Below are positions 48,540 to 58,549 of a stretch of DNA of 64,000 nucleotides, in pieces. Under the pieces are notes generated by a model. That model had not been told where the DNA came from, made no database searches, and saw only the letters and a program-made list of their open reading frames with translations. Location: contig OY776510.1 of NCBI GenBank assembly GCA_963675665.1, positions 2,816,001-2,880,000 of the forward strand, written 5' to 3'. The DNA is from Spirochaetia bacterium (GTDB taxonomy: Bacteria > Spirochaetota > Spirochaetia > UBA9216). Numbering within the stretch: the stretch's first letter is position 1; each line of letters begins with the position of its first letter. Both the position numbers and the translations under genes were made by a program.

Positions 48540-50312
48540 ACCGCCCGGGGCAGCTGCTTCTGCTACAAGTTTCCTCTGCCATTCAAGCAGTTCGCGCATG
48601 GCTTTCGGGTTGTTGCCTTCGATATCGGTCCCAACCCTGAATACGGGTTCCGTGCCGGAGCCCCTCATCCAGAGAAAAGCAACATCACGAAGCACCTGTA
48701 TGCCGGAATTGTCGGTGCCGACGCCGGTAAGCATTATTTTAAGCCCGCCGGTTTCCTTTCCGCTGCGGTATTTCGGGCCGACGCCTTTTCGTGCGGCAGT
48801 TCCTTCATAATTTACCTCGTACCATCCGGTGATACCGTAATCGGTTTTGAGCTGTACTTTACGTTTTTCAAAAGCCGCGGGAAAAATTTGCTCATAGTTT
48901 GCCTTTAGTTCGGCATGGCTTATAGTTCCGATTTGCATTTTGGCTTCGTCTTCATAAGCACTTGTTGTCGAGAAGGCAGGCAGAGATTCCACTGCTTCAG
49001 TTATTGAGCTGAATCCGGCAAAAGCAATCAGCTTTACCAGCGCGAATATTGTGTTGAGTGGATCACGTACTGTCGCCGGATGTGTAATATTCCCTCCGTT
49101 TGAACCTTCTCCGAGGATCCTGACCTCATAACCGTCGGCTCTTTTCTCTGCTGCAAGGTTAACTACATTTGCCTCGCCGACCTCGGCGCGAAAAACGTCA
49201 GCTCCGTATTCTTCGGCAATACGCTCTATCCGCATTGAGGTGGGACCGTTTACTGCAACAGCCGTTTTTGCGCCGGGCTTTGTCTGTTTCATGAATTCGA
49301 GTTCCGATTTTACCGAAAGAGCGAAAACCTCCTGTGCTTCAAGAATTTCGGCGCGTTTTGTCCGCTCATTGAAGTATACAATATTGCCGCGATCCCCGTC
49401 GTTGTCCGGAACATATCCGAGTATAAAGGCCGGATCCGCAGTATGGGCTTTTTCAAGTTCAGCGCGGCATAAATCCAGTGAACTGCCTTCAGGCACAATA
49501 CGGTGGACTACCGCGCCGGGAATATCGTTCAGAAAAAGGGTTTTCATTCCGAAGCTTTTAAAGTATTCCCTGTCGATGCTGACTCCGCGGGCTGAACCGT
49601 TAAGCTCGGCTACTATCCCGATTTTTGATGCTGAAGTGCGCAGCCGATCCATAACGGTTTTCTGACTGTCCGGATTGGATTCAGCCGTTATAACTTCATT
49701 TGAGAATACAGTATAGGCAGCTTCGGCAGCAGCTTTATTTTTTGAAGGATCCGGCAGGACTGATTCCGGAGATGATCCCGGTTCAGCAAGAACATCGGAG
49801 TAGCGGTTATACTTATCTTCGTCAACTGCAGCGGCTATAACATTTGAGATGAAGTTTTTTGCCGTATTTCCGCCAAGTACGGCCCCGTCTGATAATCCGA
49901 ATTTAAACCCGTTATGGCCTATCGGATTATGGCTGGCCGAGATATATGCAAACCCGTCGATATCCGGTGCAGTTTTTACCCGGGCCATAAGCTCGGGTGC
50001 TGCTGTAATTCCTGAATACCTGATGCTGAATCCGAGTTGTTGCAGTGTTTTTATAATCACCGAAGCGATGGCAGGACCGGTGGGCCTTGCATCCATCCCG
50101 ACGGCTATTGTCCTGCCGCCGTGTTCAGAAACAAGCTCGCCGAAGATATCAGTGATTATCGCTGATGCCGCGGCGTCTTCAGCCGTGATCTCCGTGCTTT
50201 TACTTTCCTCATCGGCGGTCCGGCCGTTGTCGGCGGCAAATATCTTTCTGAAACCGGATGCTGAAAGAATAAACCGGGAAAAATTTTCCTGAAATGAATT
50301 ATAATCTGCCAC
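48525..50312 (-). CDS. Alpha-D-phosphohexomutase (PGM/PMM family)
   Basis: GMDARPTG, ISASHNP (catalytic Ser), PDNDGDR metal loop, GEGSNGG, RGSGTEP. Confidence 0.9.
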   Translation of the reverse strand: MADYNSFQENFSRFILSASGFRKIFAADNGRTADEESKSTEITAEDAAASAIITDIFGELVSEHGGRTIAVGMDARPTGPAIASVIIKTLQQLGFSIRYSGITAAPELMARVKTAPDIDGFAYISASHNPIGHNGFKFGLSDGAVLGGNTAKNFISNVIAAAVDEDKYNRYSDVLAEPGSSPESVLPDPSKNKAAAEAAYTVFSNEVITAESNPDSQKTVMDRLRTSASKIGIVAELNGSARGVSIDREYFKSFGMKTLFLNDIPGAVVHRIVPEGSSLDLCRAELEKAHTADPAFILGYVPDNDGDRGNIVYFNERTKRAEILEAQEVFALSVKSELEFMKQTKPGAKTAVAVNGPTSMRIERIAEEYGADVFRAEVGEANVVNLAAEKRADGYEVRILGEGSNGGNITHPATVRDPLNTIFALVKLIAFAGFSSITEAVESLPAFSTTSAYEDEAKMQIGTISHAELKANYEQIFPAAFEKRKVQLKTDYGITGWYEVNYEGTAARKGVGPKYRSGKETGGLKIMLTGVGTDNSGIQVLRDVAFLWMRGSGTEPVFRVGTDIEGNNPKAMRELLEWQRKLVAEAAAPGGLPTA

Positions 50313-50340
50313 TGCAATATCCTTTTTAATAATTTTTATT

Positions 50341-51564
50341 TTATTTCAGGGCGTCTTCGATTCTGCTCATTGCTTCATTAACATTTTCAACAGAATTGAA
50401 GGCGCTTATTCTGATAAAGCCTTCTCCGCATTTACCGAATCCGCTGCCCGGGGTACACACAACTTCGGCCTTTTTCAGAAGAAGATCGAAGAAATCCCAT
50501 GAATCCATACCGCCTTCTATCCATATGTACGGGGAGTTGTATCCGCCGTAACAGGTATATCCGAGGTCGGTCATCTTGTTACGGATAATCTTTGCATTGT
50601 TCAGATAGTAATCAACAAGTTGGGTTACTTCTTTTTTGCCCTGTTCGGAATAAACGGCTTCCGCAGCGCGCTGAACAGGGTAGGATACTCCGTTGAATTT
50701 TGTGCTGTGGCGCCTGTTCCAGAGCGGATGGAGCTCAACACGGTTGCCGTCGGCAGTAAAACCGCGGCATTCAGACGGGATTACCGTATATGCACATCTG
50801 GTTCCGGTGAATCCTGCTGTCTTGGAAAAACTTCTGAACTCAATTGCGCACTTGCGGGCCCCGTCAATTTCATAAATACTGTGAGGAATTGATTCATCGC
50901 GGATGAAGGCAACGTAAGCGGCGTCAAAAAGAATAAGGGCGTCGTTATCAAGAGCGTATTTAACCCAGGCTTCAAGCTGCTTTTTTGTTGCTGTTGCCCC
51001 TGTCGGATTATTCGGGAAACAGAGGTATATAACATCCGCTTTTTGCTGAGGCGGCGAGGGGACAAAACCGTTTTCATTTGTAGAATCCAGGTAGACAAGA
51101 CCTTTGTAGCGGCCGTTTTCCCATATGCCGGTACGTCCCGCCATGACGTTTGTATCTACATAAACAGGATAGACCGGATCGGGAACTGCGATAACGCAGT
51201 CATCGGAAAAGAGCTCCTGAATGTTTCCGGTGTCGCATTTTGAACCGTCGCTGATAAAAACTTCATCTGCAGTGATGTTGCAGCCGCGGGCGGCAAAATC
51301 GTTCTGCGCAATTGCCTCGCGCAGAAAAGCATATCCCTGTTCGGGGCCGTATCCGCGAAAGGTTTCTTCGGCCGCCATATCGTCGACGGCTTTATGGAAA
51401 GCCTCGAGACATGTCGGAGTAAGCGGTTTTGTAACGTCGCCTATCCCGAGTTTTATGATTTTGTTGTCCGGATTTTCATCCTGGTATGCTTTAACACGTT
51501 TGGCAATATCTGAAAAGAGATATGAAGCCTTCAACTTTGAATAGTTTTCATTGACCTTTATCAT
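50341..51564 (-). CDS. dapL: LL-diaminopimelate aminotransferase
   Basis: [40 protein letters not shown]; start at ATG 51564. Confidence 0.95.
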   Translation of the reverse strand: MIKVNENYSKLKASYLFSDIAKRVKAYQDENPDNKIIKLGIGDVTKPLTPTCLEAFHKAVDDMAAEETFRGYGPEQGYAFLREAIAQNDFAARGCNITADEVFISDGSKCDTGNIQELFSDDCVIAVPDPVYPVYVDTNVMAGRTGIWENGRYKGLVYLDSTNENGFVPSPPQQKADVIYLCFPNNPTGATATKKQLEAWVKYALDNDALILFDAAYVAFIRDESIPHSIYEIDGARKCAIEFRSFSKTAGFTGTRCAYTVIPSECRGFTADGNRVELHPLWNRRHSTKFNGVSYPVQRAAEAVYSEQGKKEVTQLVDYYLNNAKIIRNKMTDLGYTCYGGYNSPYIWIEGGMDSWDFFDLLLKKAEVVCTPGSGFGKCGEGFIRISAFNSVENVNEAMSRIEDALK

Positions 51565-51752
51565 GATGTACCTCTCTGTGGGGGTGGAATGGCAACAGTA
51601 TACATAAAAACAAATTATGAGTAAATCCACCGGTAAAACGCAAAAAAAGTCGATGATTTTGCCGAAACAGAACAATTAATCTCAAGCACCGTTTTTCTGC
51701 ATGTCGTATGATTTTATCACCTGCCATTCATGGCTGGATTTTAGGAGGAAAA

Positions 51753-52226
51753 ATGAAATTTGGACTGAAACAAATCGGAAGTATTGAGCAGGAGGCGAGC
51801 GGGTTCATTGTTCGCCTGGAATCTGTTTACAGGGAAGCGTTAACAGGTATCGACGGGTTCAGCTGGCTGAACATTATATGGTGGGCAAACCAGTTTGATT
51901 CAGAGGAGTTTCGCGACATCCTGACGACTCAAAAACCTTATAAAAAAGGCCCTGAAAAACTCGGGATTTTCGCTACCCGTTCTCCAATAAGGCCGAATCC
52001 TGTGGCCATCACACCGGTTTATGTAAGCAGAATTGATTTTAAGGCTGGGGTGATCTACACTCCGTATATTGATGCCGAAGCCGGAACGCCGGTTATCGAT
52101 ATCAAGCCTTACCACGGCAGCTCCGACCGGGTAGACCGCTGGAAGGTTCCCGGCTGGTGTTCGGATTGGCCGAAAACTGTAAAAGAATCTGCTGATTTCG
52201 CCTGGGAAGATGTTTTTAATTTTTAG
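51753..52226 (+). CDS. TsaA/TrmO-like SAM-binding protein (short form)
   Basis: GIFATRSPIRPNP and IDA..GTPVIDIKPY motifs; AGGAGG RBS. Confidence 0.85.
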   Translation: MKFGLKQIGSIEQEASGFIVRLESVYREALTGIDGFSWLNIIWWANQFDSEEFRDILTTQKPYKKGPEKLGIFATRSPIRPNPVAITPVYVSRIDFKAGVIYTPYIDAEAGTPVIDIKPYHGSSDRVDRWKVPGWCSDWPKTVKESADFAWEDVFNF

Positions 52227-52254
52227 CCGGTTAACCGGCAAATGGAGAAGACGG

Positions 52255-53118
52255 GTGAGCAACAGGGAAATAATTTATCAATCGCTCTCAATTATGGAAA
52301 ACAATCTTAAAACTGAAATGAGTATTCAGGAAGTTTCCGACAGGCTCGGTTTCTCTGTTTATTATTTTATCCGGTTATTCAGGGGAGTAACCGGGTATTC
52401 ACCTAAATCTTATTTTCTTAAGCGGAAGATAACGGAAGCCGCGTTTGAAATTATGAATGATGATAAAAAGATAATTGATATAGCTTTTGACTATGGTTTC
52501 GGCAGCCCCGAATCGTTCTCCAGGGCTTTTCAGAAACAGGTTGGTTTTAATCCGAGCCGGCTGAAAACAGGCAGCCGAATTGCTTCAGAAGCCTTGTGCT
52601 CGCCGCTTACCGCGGAGAAACTGGAACATATCAGGAATATTCCGTATAAAGAACCTGAACTGGTTGATTTTGGTCCGCTGTCGCTTATCGGTATGCCGTT
52701 GTATTATAACTCGGAAATGCCTGAAGATCTTTCCGCACCGTGGCATGCTTTTGAAAAGAATATAAATACAATAAGCGGTCGGGTTGTGCCGGAAAAATAC
52801 TACCAGGTACAGTACTGGTTTCCAAACCAGGATTACGGATCAGTTTTCTTTTTTCTTGCAATCGAGGTTGTTCCGGGCGGAGATATTCCGATTCAGTTTT
52901 CAGCTAAAACCCTTCCTGCGCAGAAATATCTCAGGTTCTATCACCGGGGATTGTCGAATAAAGTGGGACTTACATATGAATACATATATAATACCTATCT
53001 TCCCGATACCGACTACAAGCTTCCGCATTGTTTCAACTTTGAATACTACCCGCCGGACCACAAGGGACCGTACAATGAAGAATCTGTAAGCGAGATCTAT
53101 ATTCCTGTGACAATATGA
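52255..53118 (+). CDS. AraC-family regulator with GyrI-like effector domain
   Basis: N-terminal double HTH (IIDIAFDYGFGSPESFSRAF); C-terminal GyrI-like domain ending 'FEYY...EIYIPV'. Confidence 0.9.
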   Translation: MSNREIIYQSLSIMENNLKTEMSIQEVSDRLGFSVYYFIRLFRGVTGYSPKSYFLKRKITEAAFEIMNDDKKIIDIAFDYGFGSPESFSRAFQKQVGFNPSRLKTGSRIASEALCSPLTAEKLEHIRNIPYKEPELVDFGPLSLIGMPLYYNSEMPEDLSAPWHAFEKNINTISGRVVPEKYYQVQYWFPNQDYGSVFFFLAIEVVPGGDIPIQFSAKTLPAQKYLRFYHRGLSNKVGLTYEYIYNTYLPDTDYKLPHCFNFEYYPPDHKGPYNEESVSEIYIPVTI

Positions 53119-53139
53119 TTTGAAATGATATAATGAGCC

Positions 53140-53577
53140 ATGAATCCTGAAATAGTACTGGTACTTATTGTCCTTGCCGCTGTAGTTCTGATTTTTATAG
53201 CCTTCCGGTTGGGCCGTGTCTCCGGACGCCGGGCCGAAGAACGGGACTGGGAAAAAAATAAAATTGAGAGTATTGTCCGCGACAGAATAAAGCGTTCCCG
53301 TGCGGTTCTCGGCGGGCAGTTTTCTGAACAGCTGGCGCCATACCTTCCTGATTTTCCCTACAATCCCAATGAATGCCGGTTTATAGGTAAGCCTATAGAT
53401 CTGCTTGTTTTCAGGGGAATGGATGACGGGCGTATTGACGAGATTGTTTTTGTAGAAATTAAAAGCGGCAGGGCAAAAAATCTTTCGAAAACAGAAAGAC
53501 TGCTGCGTGATGCTGTAAACGAAGGCCGGGTAAGCTGGCGTCAGTATGATGTTCCGGACAGTATTGTTCGGCGGTAG
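53140..53577 (+). CDS. Membrane-anchored Holliday-junction-resolvase-like PD-(D/E)XK endonuclease
   Basis: N-terminal TM; 'SRAVLGGQFSEQLAPY', 'RFIGKPIDLLVF', 'FVEIKSG'. Confidence 0.85.
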   Translation: MNPEIVLVLIVLAAVVLIFIAFRLGRVSGRRAEERDWEKNKIESIVRDRIKRSRAVLGGQFSEQLAPYLPDFPYNPNECRFIGKPIDLLVFRGMDDGRIDEIVFVEIKSGRAKNLSKTERLLRDAVNEGRVSWRQYDVPDSIVRR

Positions 53578-53587
53578 CTAAAAATAC

Positions 53588-53613
53588 AATCCCCGCATTA
53601 TGCAGGGATTTTT
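53588..53613. terminator. Terminator between convergent genes
   Basis: AATCCCCGCA-tta-TGCAGGGATT-TTT. Confidence 0.65.
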
Positions 53614-53628
53614 AACAAAAAGTCATTG

Positions 53629-54600
53629 CTATTTAAAAATTTGAAAGGAAGTACTATCAGTGGGTTTTCCACCGATAGAAGCCCTTATTGTTGCTATACC
53701 TTCAGCCTCGAACGCTGAAGCTACCTTGTCCTGAAGTTCTTTTCCGGGAGTAAGCGCAACCATGTATCCGCCTCTTCCGCCTCCTGTAACTTTTGCTCCG
53801 TATGCACCCAGTGAGTTTGCAGTATCACATAAATCGATCAATTTATTATGTGACAAACCCATGTCAATGAGTATCCTGTGATTTTCATTCATGATAAGAC
53901 CGGTTTTTTTCAGATCTCCTTTTGACAGAGCATGTTCCAGAGCTTCTACCTGTGTTTTGATCTTGTTAAGACGTTCATTGAATAATGCCGGATTATCATC
54001 TTCCTGTTTTTCAAGAAAGCCCTTGAGCGAGGCTGTATTGGATGTTACTCCGCTGTTGCCGAGAACAATTTCAACCGGTTCAAAAAGATCAATTCTCTTA
54101 AATTGTTTAATACCGTCTTTTATCTGATATTTAATTACTCCGCCGTAGGTCGAAACTGTATTGTCAAGACCGCTCGGAAGTCCGTGATAACCGAATTCGC
54201 CTTCCCAGGCAATGTGATTAATATCAAGTATATCCATGCCCAGATCAAACGCCTTGTTGCATGCTCTGGCAAATGATACGCAGATTGCCGCACTGGCGCC
54301 AACTCCGCTTCCGGCGAGCAGATCGCCTGCAACCGTTATTTTTATCGGATTTTTATCAAGATCCAATCCCATTACCTTGACCATTCTGTTGAATGACACA
54401 TTGCTGTCATCTTCTTTGGCTTTTTTATAGCCGGGGACCTCAATTCTGTTGTCTTCAAGAAACCAGCCCTTTCCCGAGTCAAGTTTTTCAACTGTACACT
54501 CTGTTTCAAAAGGTATCGCAGACAGAATTGCCGGGACCTCCCAGAGTACAAACTGATCTCCGATTAAAATAGTCTTGCCGTAACCCTTTCCGGTATTCAT
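53629..54600 (-). CDS. Mevalonate-kinase-like GHMP kinase
   Basis: GKTILIGD (motif 1), GSGVGASAA (ATP loop), HGLPSGLD, GAKVTGGGRGG; the canonical GEH is replaced by GDQ. Confidence 0.8.
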   Translation of the reverse strand: MNTGKGYGKTILIGDQFVLWEVPAILSAIPFETECTVEKLDSGKGWFLEDNRIEVPGYKKAKEDDSNVSFNRMVKVMGLDLDKNPIKITVAGDLLAGSGVGASAAICVSFARACNKAFDLGMDILDINHIAWEGEFGYHGLPSGLDNTVSTYGGVIKYQIKDGIKQFKRIDLFEPVEIVLGNSGVTSNTASLKGFLEKQEDDNPALFNERLNKIKTQVEALEHALSKGDLKKTGLIMNENHRILIDMGLSHNKLIDLCDTANSLGAYGAKVTGGGRGGYMVALTPGKELQDKVASAFEAEGIATIRASIGGKPTDSTSFQIFK

Positions 54601-55826
54601 ACCAAATCCCCCTCATTTGCTAAAAGTTTTTCAATTTCATCTATAAGTTCCTGTTCCTGTCCCTTCCTTATTGTCGTCGCGGCAGAAAGCCTGTGACATG
54701 CATCGGAGAAACCTCCGATTTTTTCTGTGGCCGCCGGAAGGAAGCTGTTTAATCCCCTGATTTCGCTGTTCCGGATTTTCATTACCAGATATTCTGAAAC
54801 CCGCATGGAGATTTTTGTTGAATTAAATTCTATTTCGCCGAATCCGGGAACAAAATCCGGTATCTGCTGAAATCCTGCAAGATACTTTTTCCTGTCGACA
54901 AATTCGGCATCTTTTATTTCCGTGAGGAACACGCCTATCATTTTGATGCCCATAGGCGAAAATCTGTTTTCAACATTGAGCCACTGCAGATTCTTTGTCG
55001 TTATTAAATTGTTTTTGATATTTTTAATCTCATTCATAAATATTTTATTTTTGACGGAATCAAGTTTCTCTGCATAAAGTGTAATATCAGGTGTTAATCC
55101 GCCGTTGCAGACTTGAATCCCGGCTGAAACACCATCTTCATAATAACCGACTCCCCCGAGAGTATCCAAAGTTTTACAGATATTTTCGGCTTCATACTCT
55201 TTTCCCCCCAATAAAATAAAATATTCCTCTCCGGTTGATTTTATTTCCGTTCTGATTACATTGAGGTCTTCTGCTTCTTGAAGTATTTGTCTGTTAATTC
55301 CGGATAACGCACCGTTAACAAAAAAACCGTCGCCTATAGCTCCCAGAACTCCCAAATGCGGCATGGGATTAGACTTTAAGCTGAACAACCTGTACATTGT
55401 TTTAGCAAAAAGATAGCAGGTTGCTGATGCGGAGATATCCTGATCCCCTTTAAGATTGAAGAATTCTCCATCAAGATTAAAAACATGGTTATCGCTTACC
55501 GGTTCAGCAGGGTGATGATCCAGGATTAAGACAAGGTTTCTTTTATTATTCAATTGTGAAATAAGCGGAGCGATCTTTCCCGCGAAATCTGAAAAAACGA
55601 TAATCTGATTACTTTCTAAAAATACTTTTTCCAATATCTGCGGATAAGGTTTTTCAAGCGGATAGTGTGACACTTTATAACCTACCGCCGAGAATGCATT
55701 GATAAGTATGGTTCCGGAGCTTATTCCGTCGGTATCATTATGATGAAATAAAAGAATCTCCTTTGCGGGATAATTCTGTAATACAGTTATGGCTTCTTCC
55801 ATAGTGCTTATAAAATCATTTATCAT
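54597..55826 (-). CDS. DHH-family phosphoesterase
   Basis: HHNDTDG, SDFAG, LDHHP, LGAIGD; C-terminal ACH in place of the DHHA1 GGH; stop overlaps the kinase start. Confidence 0.8.
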   Translation of the reverse strand: MINDFISTMEEAITVLQNYPAKEILLFHHNDTDGISSGTILINAFSAVGYKVSHYPLEKPYPQILEKVFLESNQIIVFSDFAGKIAPLISQLNNKRNLVLILDHHPAEPVSDNHVFNLDGEFFNLKGDQDISASATCYLFAKTMYRLFSLKSNPMPHLGVLGAIGDGFFVNGALSGINRQILQEAEDLNVIRTEIKSTGEEYFILLGGKEYEAENICKTLDTLGGVGYYEDGVSAGIQVCNGGLTPDITLYAEKLDSVKNKIFMNEIKNIKNNLITTKNLQWLNVENRFSPMGIKMIGVFLTEIKDAEFVDRKKYLAGFQQIPDFVPGFGEIEFNSTKISMRVSEYLVMKIRNSEIRGLNSFLPAATEKIGGFSDACHRLSAATTIRKGQEQELIDEIEKLLANEGDLV

Positions 55827-55859
55827 ATCTTCTCCAGACAATACTTGTTATCCTGTTGT

Positions 55860-55878
55860 GTGAACGCTAACGAACATT
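55860..55878. promoter_or_regulatory. Degenerate DeoR/GlpR-type operator
   Basis: CGCTAACGAACATT (55865-55878) matches 13/14 with the box upstream of the TRAP operon. Confidence 0.6.
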
Positions 55879-55959
55879 ATAGTATCATTATATGAACGTT
55901 TGCAACCAAAAAATAAACTTGTTATTGATTATTGGCTTTTTGATAGTTATAATACTGAA

Positions 55960-56763
55960 ATGATGAACTCAGATCAGTCAAAACTGTCAAAATCACAAAC
56001 TGCCAGGCAGCAGAGAATTATGGAATTGCTTCAACGGGACGGTTATGTTCGTGTTCTGGAATTAAGTAATATTCTGGATGTGGCTGAGATCACCATCAGA
56101 AGAGATCTTGCATTAATGGAAACAAGAAATCTGTTGGAAAGAACTCATGGCGGTGCAATTTCAGTTAAACATATTCATCATGAAATAAATTATAACAGCA
56201 GATCTGATCTTGAACTGGAAAACAAGGATTTGATAGCAAAGACAGCTGCTGAATTAATTGAAGACGGTGATACTGTATTTATTAATGGCGGATCAACGAC
56301 CTTTCATATTTTCAGGTATATAAAAGCTAAAAATGTAAAGATTGTAACTATCAATGCAGGTGCGCTCGGCCAGGTTGATAATCCGGATATCGATTTAATT
56401 CTGGCGGGGGGATTATTTCATTCCCAGTCTAATGCCTTTTACGGCGGTTTTACAAATGATATTCTTAATCAGGTCATTGCAAACAAGGCAATTCTCGGTG
56501 TTCACGGTATAAGTTGCCGTTATGGTCTCACGACTCCAATACAATATGCTGCAGAAACAACAAAAATAATGATGGATCGTACACGCGGTGAAATTATCGT
56601 AGTAGCGGATCACCGGAAATTAGGACTTGTTTCCGACTTCGTCACAGCCCCTGTAAACAGAATTAATACCCTGATTACGGACCAGTTTCAGGATGAAGAA
56701 TATATCAGGGATTTTGAAGAATTGGGCATAAAGGTGATTCAGACAAGAGCGTTATCGAAATAA
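55960..56763 (+). CDS. DeoR/GlpR-family repressor
   Basis: RQQRIMELL, TIRRDL, RTHGGA, K..IA..A, GGSTT. Confidence 0.94.
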   Translation: MMNSDQSKLSKSQTARQQRIMELLQRDGYVRVLELSNILDVAEITIRRDLALMETRNLLERTHGGAISVKHIHHEINYNSRSDLELENKDLIAKTAAELIEDGDTVFINGGSTTFHIFRYIKAKNVKIVTINAGALGQVDNPDIDLILAGGLFHSQSNAFYGGFTNDILNQVIANKAILGVHGISCRYGLTTPIQYAAETTKIMMDRTRGEIIVVADHRKLGLVSDFVTAPVNRINTLITDQFQDEEYIRDFEELGIKVIQTRALSK

Positions 56764-56868
56764 TGTTTTGATTGATATAAACCAAGAAACCTTATAAATA
56801 TGTACTAAAACAATCACATTGATAATAAATATTTGACATATCCATTTTATTAGGTTAATCTGTCAATA

Positions 56869-56888
56869 TATGTTCGCAAACGAACATT
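56869..56888. promoter_or_regulatory. DeoR/GlpR-type operator upstream of the TRAP operon
   Basis: TATGTTCG-caaa-CGAACATT with a perfect 7-bp IR; downstream of TTGACA (56833-56838). Confidence 0.75.
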
Positions 56889-56937
56889 TACGACAATTCT
56901 TTATTTAAAGAACGACCAAAATTATCAGGAGGATTTG

Positions 56938-57960
56938 ATGATGAAAAGAAGAATGTTGATTGTTTTAAGTATTGTATTACTTTCAACAATGATGGTTTTT
57001 GCCGGGGGACAACAGGAGGCGAAAACAGACGCTGGTGATGATTACAAACTTGTCCTCAAACTAAGTCATGTCTTCAGTCCTGCGGAGCAGTTGACAAAAT
57101 CAATGGATGCAGTAGCTGAAAGTATTTATGAAAAAACTGACGGTGCAATTGAAATTCAAACATTCCCGCAGGCTCAGCTTCCTGCTTATAAGGAAGGTGT
57201 TGAACAGGTCGTCAGGGGTGCTGACTTTATATCTGTTGAAGACCCTTCATTTATAGGCGATTATGTTCCGGATTTCAAAGCCCTCTATGCGCCGATGCTT
57301 TACAGAAGCTTCGATGAATATGTTGCACTTACAAGAACAGCGCTTGTTAAAGACATGATGGCCCAGGCTGAAGAACAGGGAATAAAGATCCTTGCGCTTG
57401 ACTACATTTATGGTTTTCGGAATGTTATTACAAATAAAATTGTAAGAACCCCGGCTGACCTGGAAGGAGTGAAACTCCGGACACCGGGTTCAAAGTCTTA
57501 TATCGATACTCTTTCGGCTATGGGTGCAATTGCAACACCGCTTCCCTGGGGCGAAACCCTTTCTGCTGTACAGCAGGGTGTTGTAGACGGACTCGAAGGT
57601 TCCGAGTTTACAAATCTGGGAACCAAGGTGTATGAGGGCCCGACAAAAAATGTTGCTGAAACCAGACATATTCTGGGAACCTGCGGTGTGTATATTTCGA
57701 CTGATGTATGGGCTTCAATTCCTGAAAAGTATCGAACAATTATTCAGGAGGAATTTACAAAGGGCGCAAATGATATGGTAAGTCTTCTTAAATCACAGCA
57801 TGGAGATGTTAAAAAAGAACTTGAATCATACGGCGTTAAATTCAATGAGGTTGACGGAGAGGCCTTCAGAAAAGCCCTTGCTCCGCTTTATGCAGAGCAG
57901 GAAGGTATGACTCCCGGAATTTTTAATTCAATATTTGCTGAATTGGATTCCATGCGTTAA
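56938..57960 (+). CDS. dctP: TRAP transporter substrate-binding protein (DctP family)
   Basis: 'EKTDGAIEIQTFPQAQL', 'YGFRN', 'DLEGVKLRTP', 'VQQGVVDGLE'. Confidence 0.93.
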   Translation: MMKRRMLIVLSIVLLSTMMVFAGGQQEAKTDAGDDYKLVLKLSHVFSPAEQLTKSMDAVAESIYEKTDGAIEIQTFPQAQLPAYKEGVEQVVRGADFISVEDPSFIGDYVPDFKALYAPMLYRSFDEYVALTRTALVKDMMAQAEEQGIKILALDYIYGFRNVITNKIVRTPADLEGVKLRTPGSKSYIDTLSAMGAIATPLPWGETLSAVQQGVVDGLEGSEFTNLGTKVYEGPTKNVAETRHILGTCGVYISTDVWASIPEKYRTIIQEEFTKGANDMVSLLKSQHGDVKKELESYGVKFNEVDGEAFRKALAPLYAEQEGMTPGIFNSIFAELDSMR

Positions 57961-57977
57961 AATATCTTTATATAAAA

Positions 57978-58005
57978 GGCGTATAGATTATAAACTCTAT
58001 ACGCC
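57978..58005 (+). other. Intercistronic hairpin after dctP (mRNA stabiliser or partial terminator)
   Basis: GGCGTATAGA-n8-TCTATACGCC 10-bp stem with no U tract. Confidence 0.55.
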
Positions 58006-58029
58006 AATCCTGTTATTTACGGAAAAAAA

Positions 58030-58539
58030 ATGACTTTATTATTAAAAAAATTACTTCCTAATGTAGAAGTAATAATAAGCGCCGCTTTTTTATCAGTTAC
58101 AGTTCTTGTTGTTATTATAAATGTTGTTTTGAGGTATCTTTTTCACAGCGGCTTGTTCTGGGTTGAGGAAGTTGCTACTACCTGCTTTATCTGGAGTATT
58201 TTTATCGGTTCTGCTGCAGCTTATAAATATAAAATACACATTGGTATAGATTTAATTACAAAACTCTTCCCGGAAAAGGCAAGGGAACTGGTTTCAATTA
58301 TAATAAATTTCTTAATGTTCGTCATAAATGGTTATATAACATATTTAAGCACACTGTTTATAAATGCAAACAGGTTAAAAAGAACTCCGGTTCTGGATAT
58401 TCCTGCAATATACGTTAATCTGGCAATTACTGTCGGGTTTGGTCTTATGACACTTTATGCACTGAGGTTTGTTATAATTGAGGGGAAGCTTTTTTTCAGC
58501 ACTTCCGCGACTGCAGAATCAACAGAGAAAGTAAAGTAA
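58030..58539 (+). CDS. dctQ: TRAP small permease
   Basis: NVVLRY, WVEEV, HIGID; four TMs. Confidence 0.92.
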   Translation: MTLLLKKLLPNVEVIISAAFLSVTVLVVIINVVLRYLFHSGLFWVEEVATTCFIWSIFIGSAAAYKYKIHIGIDLITKLFPEKARELVSIIINFLMFVINGYITYLSTLFINANRLKRTPVLDIPAIYVNLAITVGFGLMTLYALRFVIIEGKLFFSTSATAESTEKVK

Positions 58540-58549
58540 GGATATTAAT

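Noticed and set aside
51565-51752. Lysine riboswitch before dapL, and the track's 37-aa N-terminal extension
   Set aside because: No L-box consensus visible; the region is a divergent promoter and DapL homology starts at MIKVNENY.
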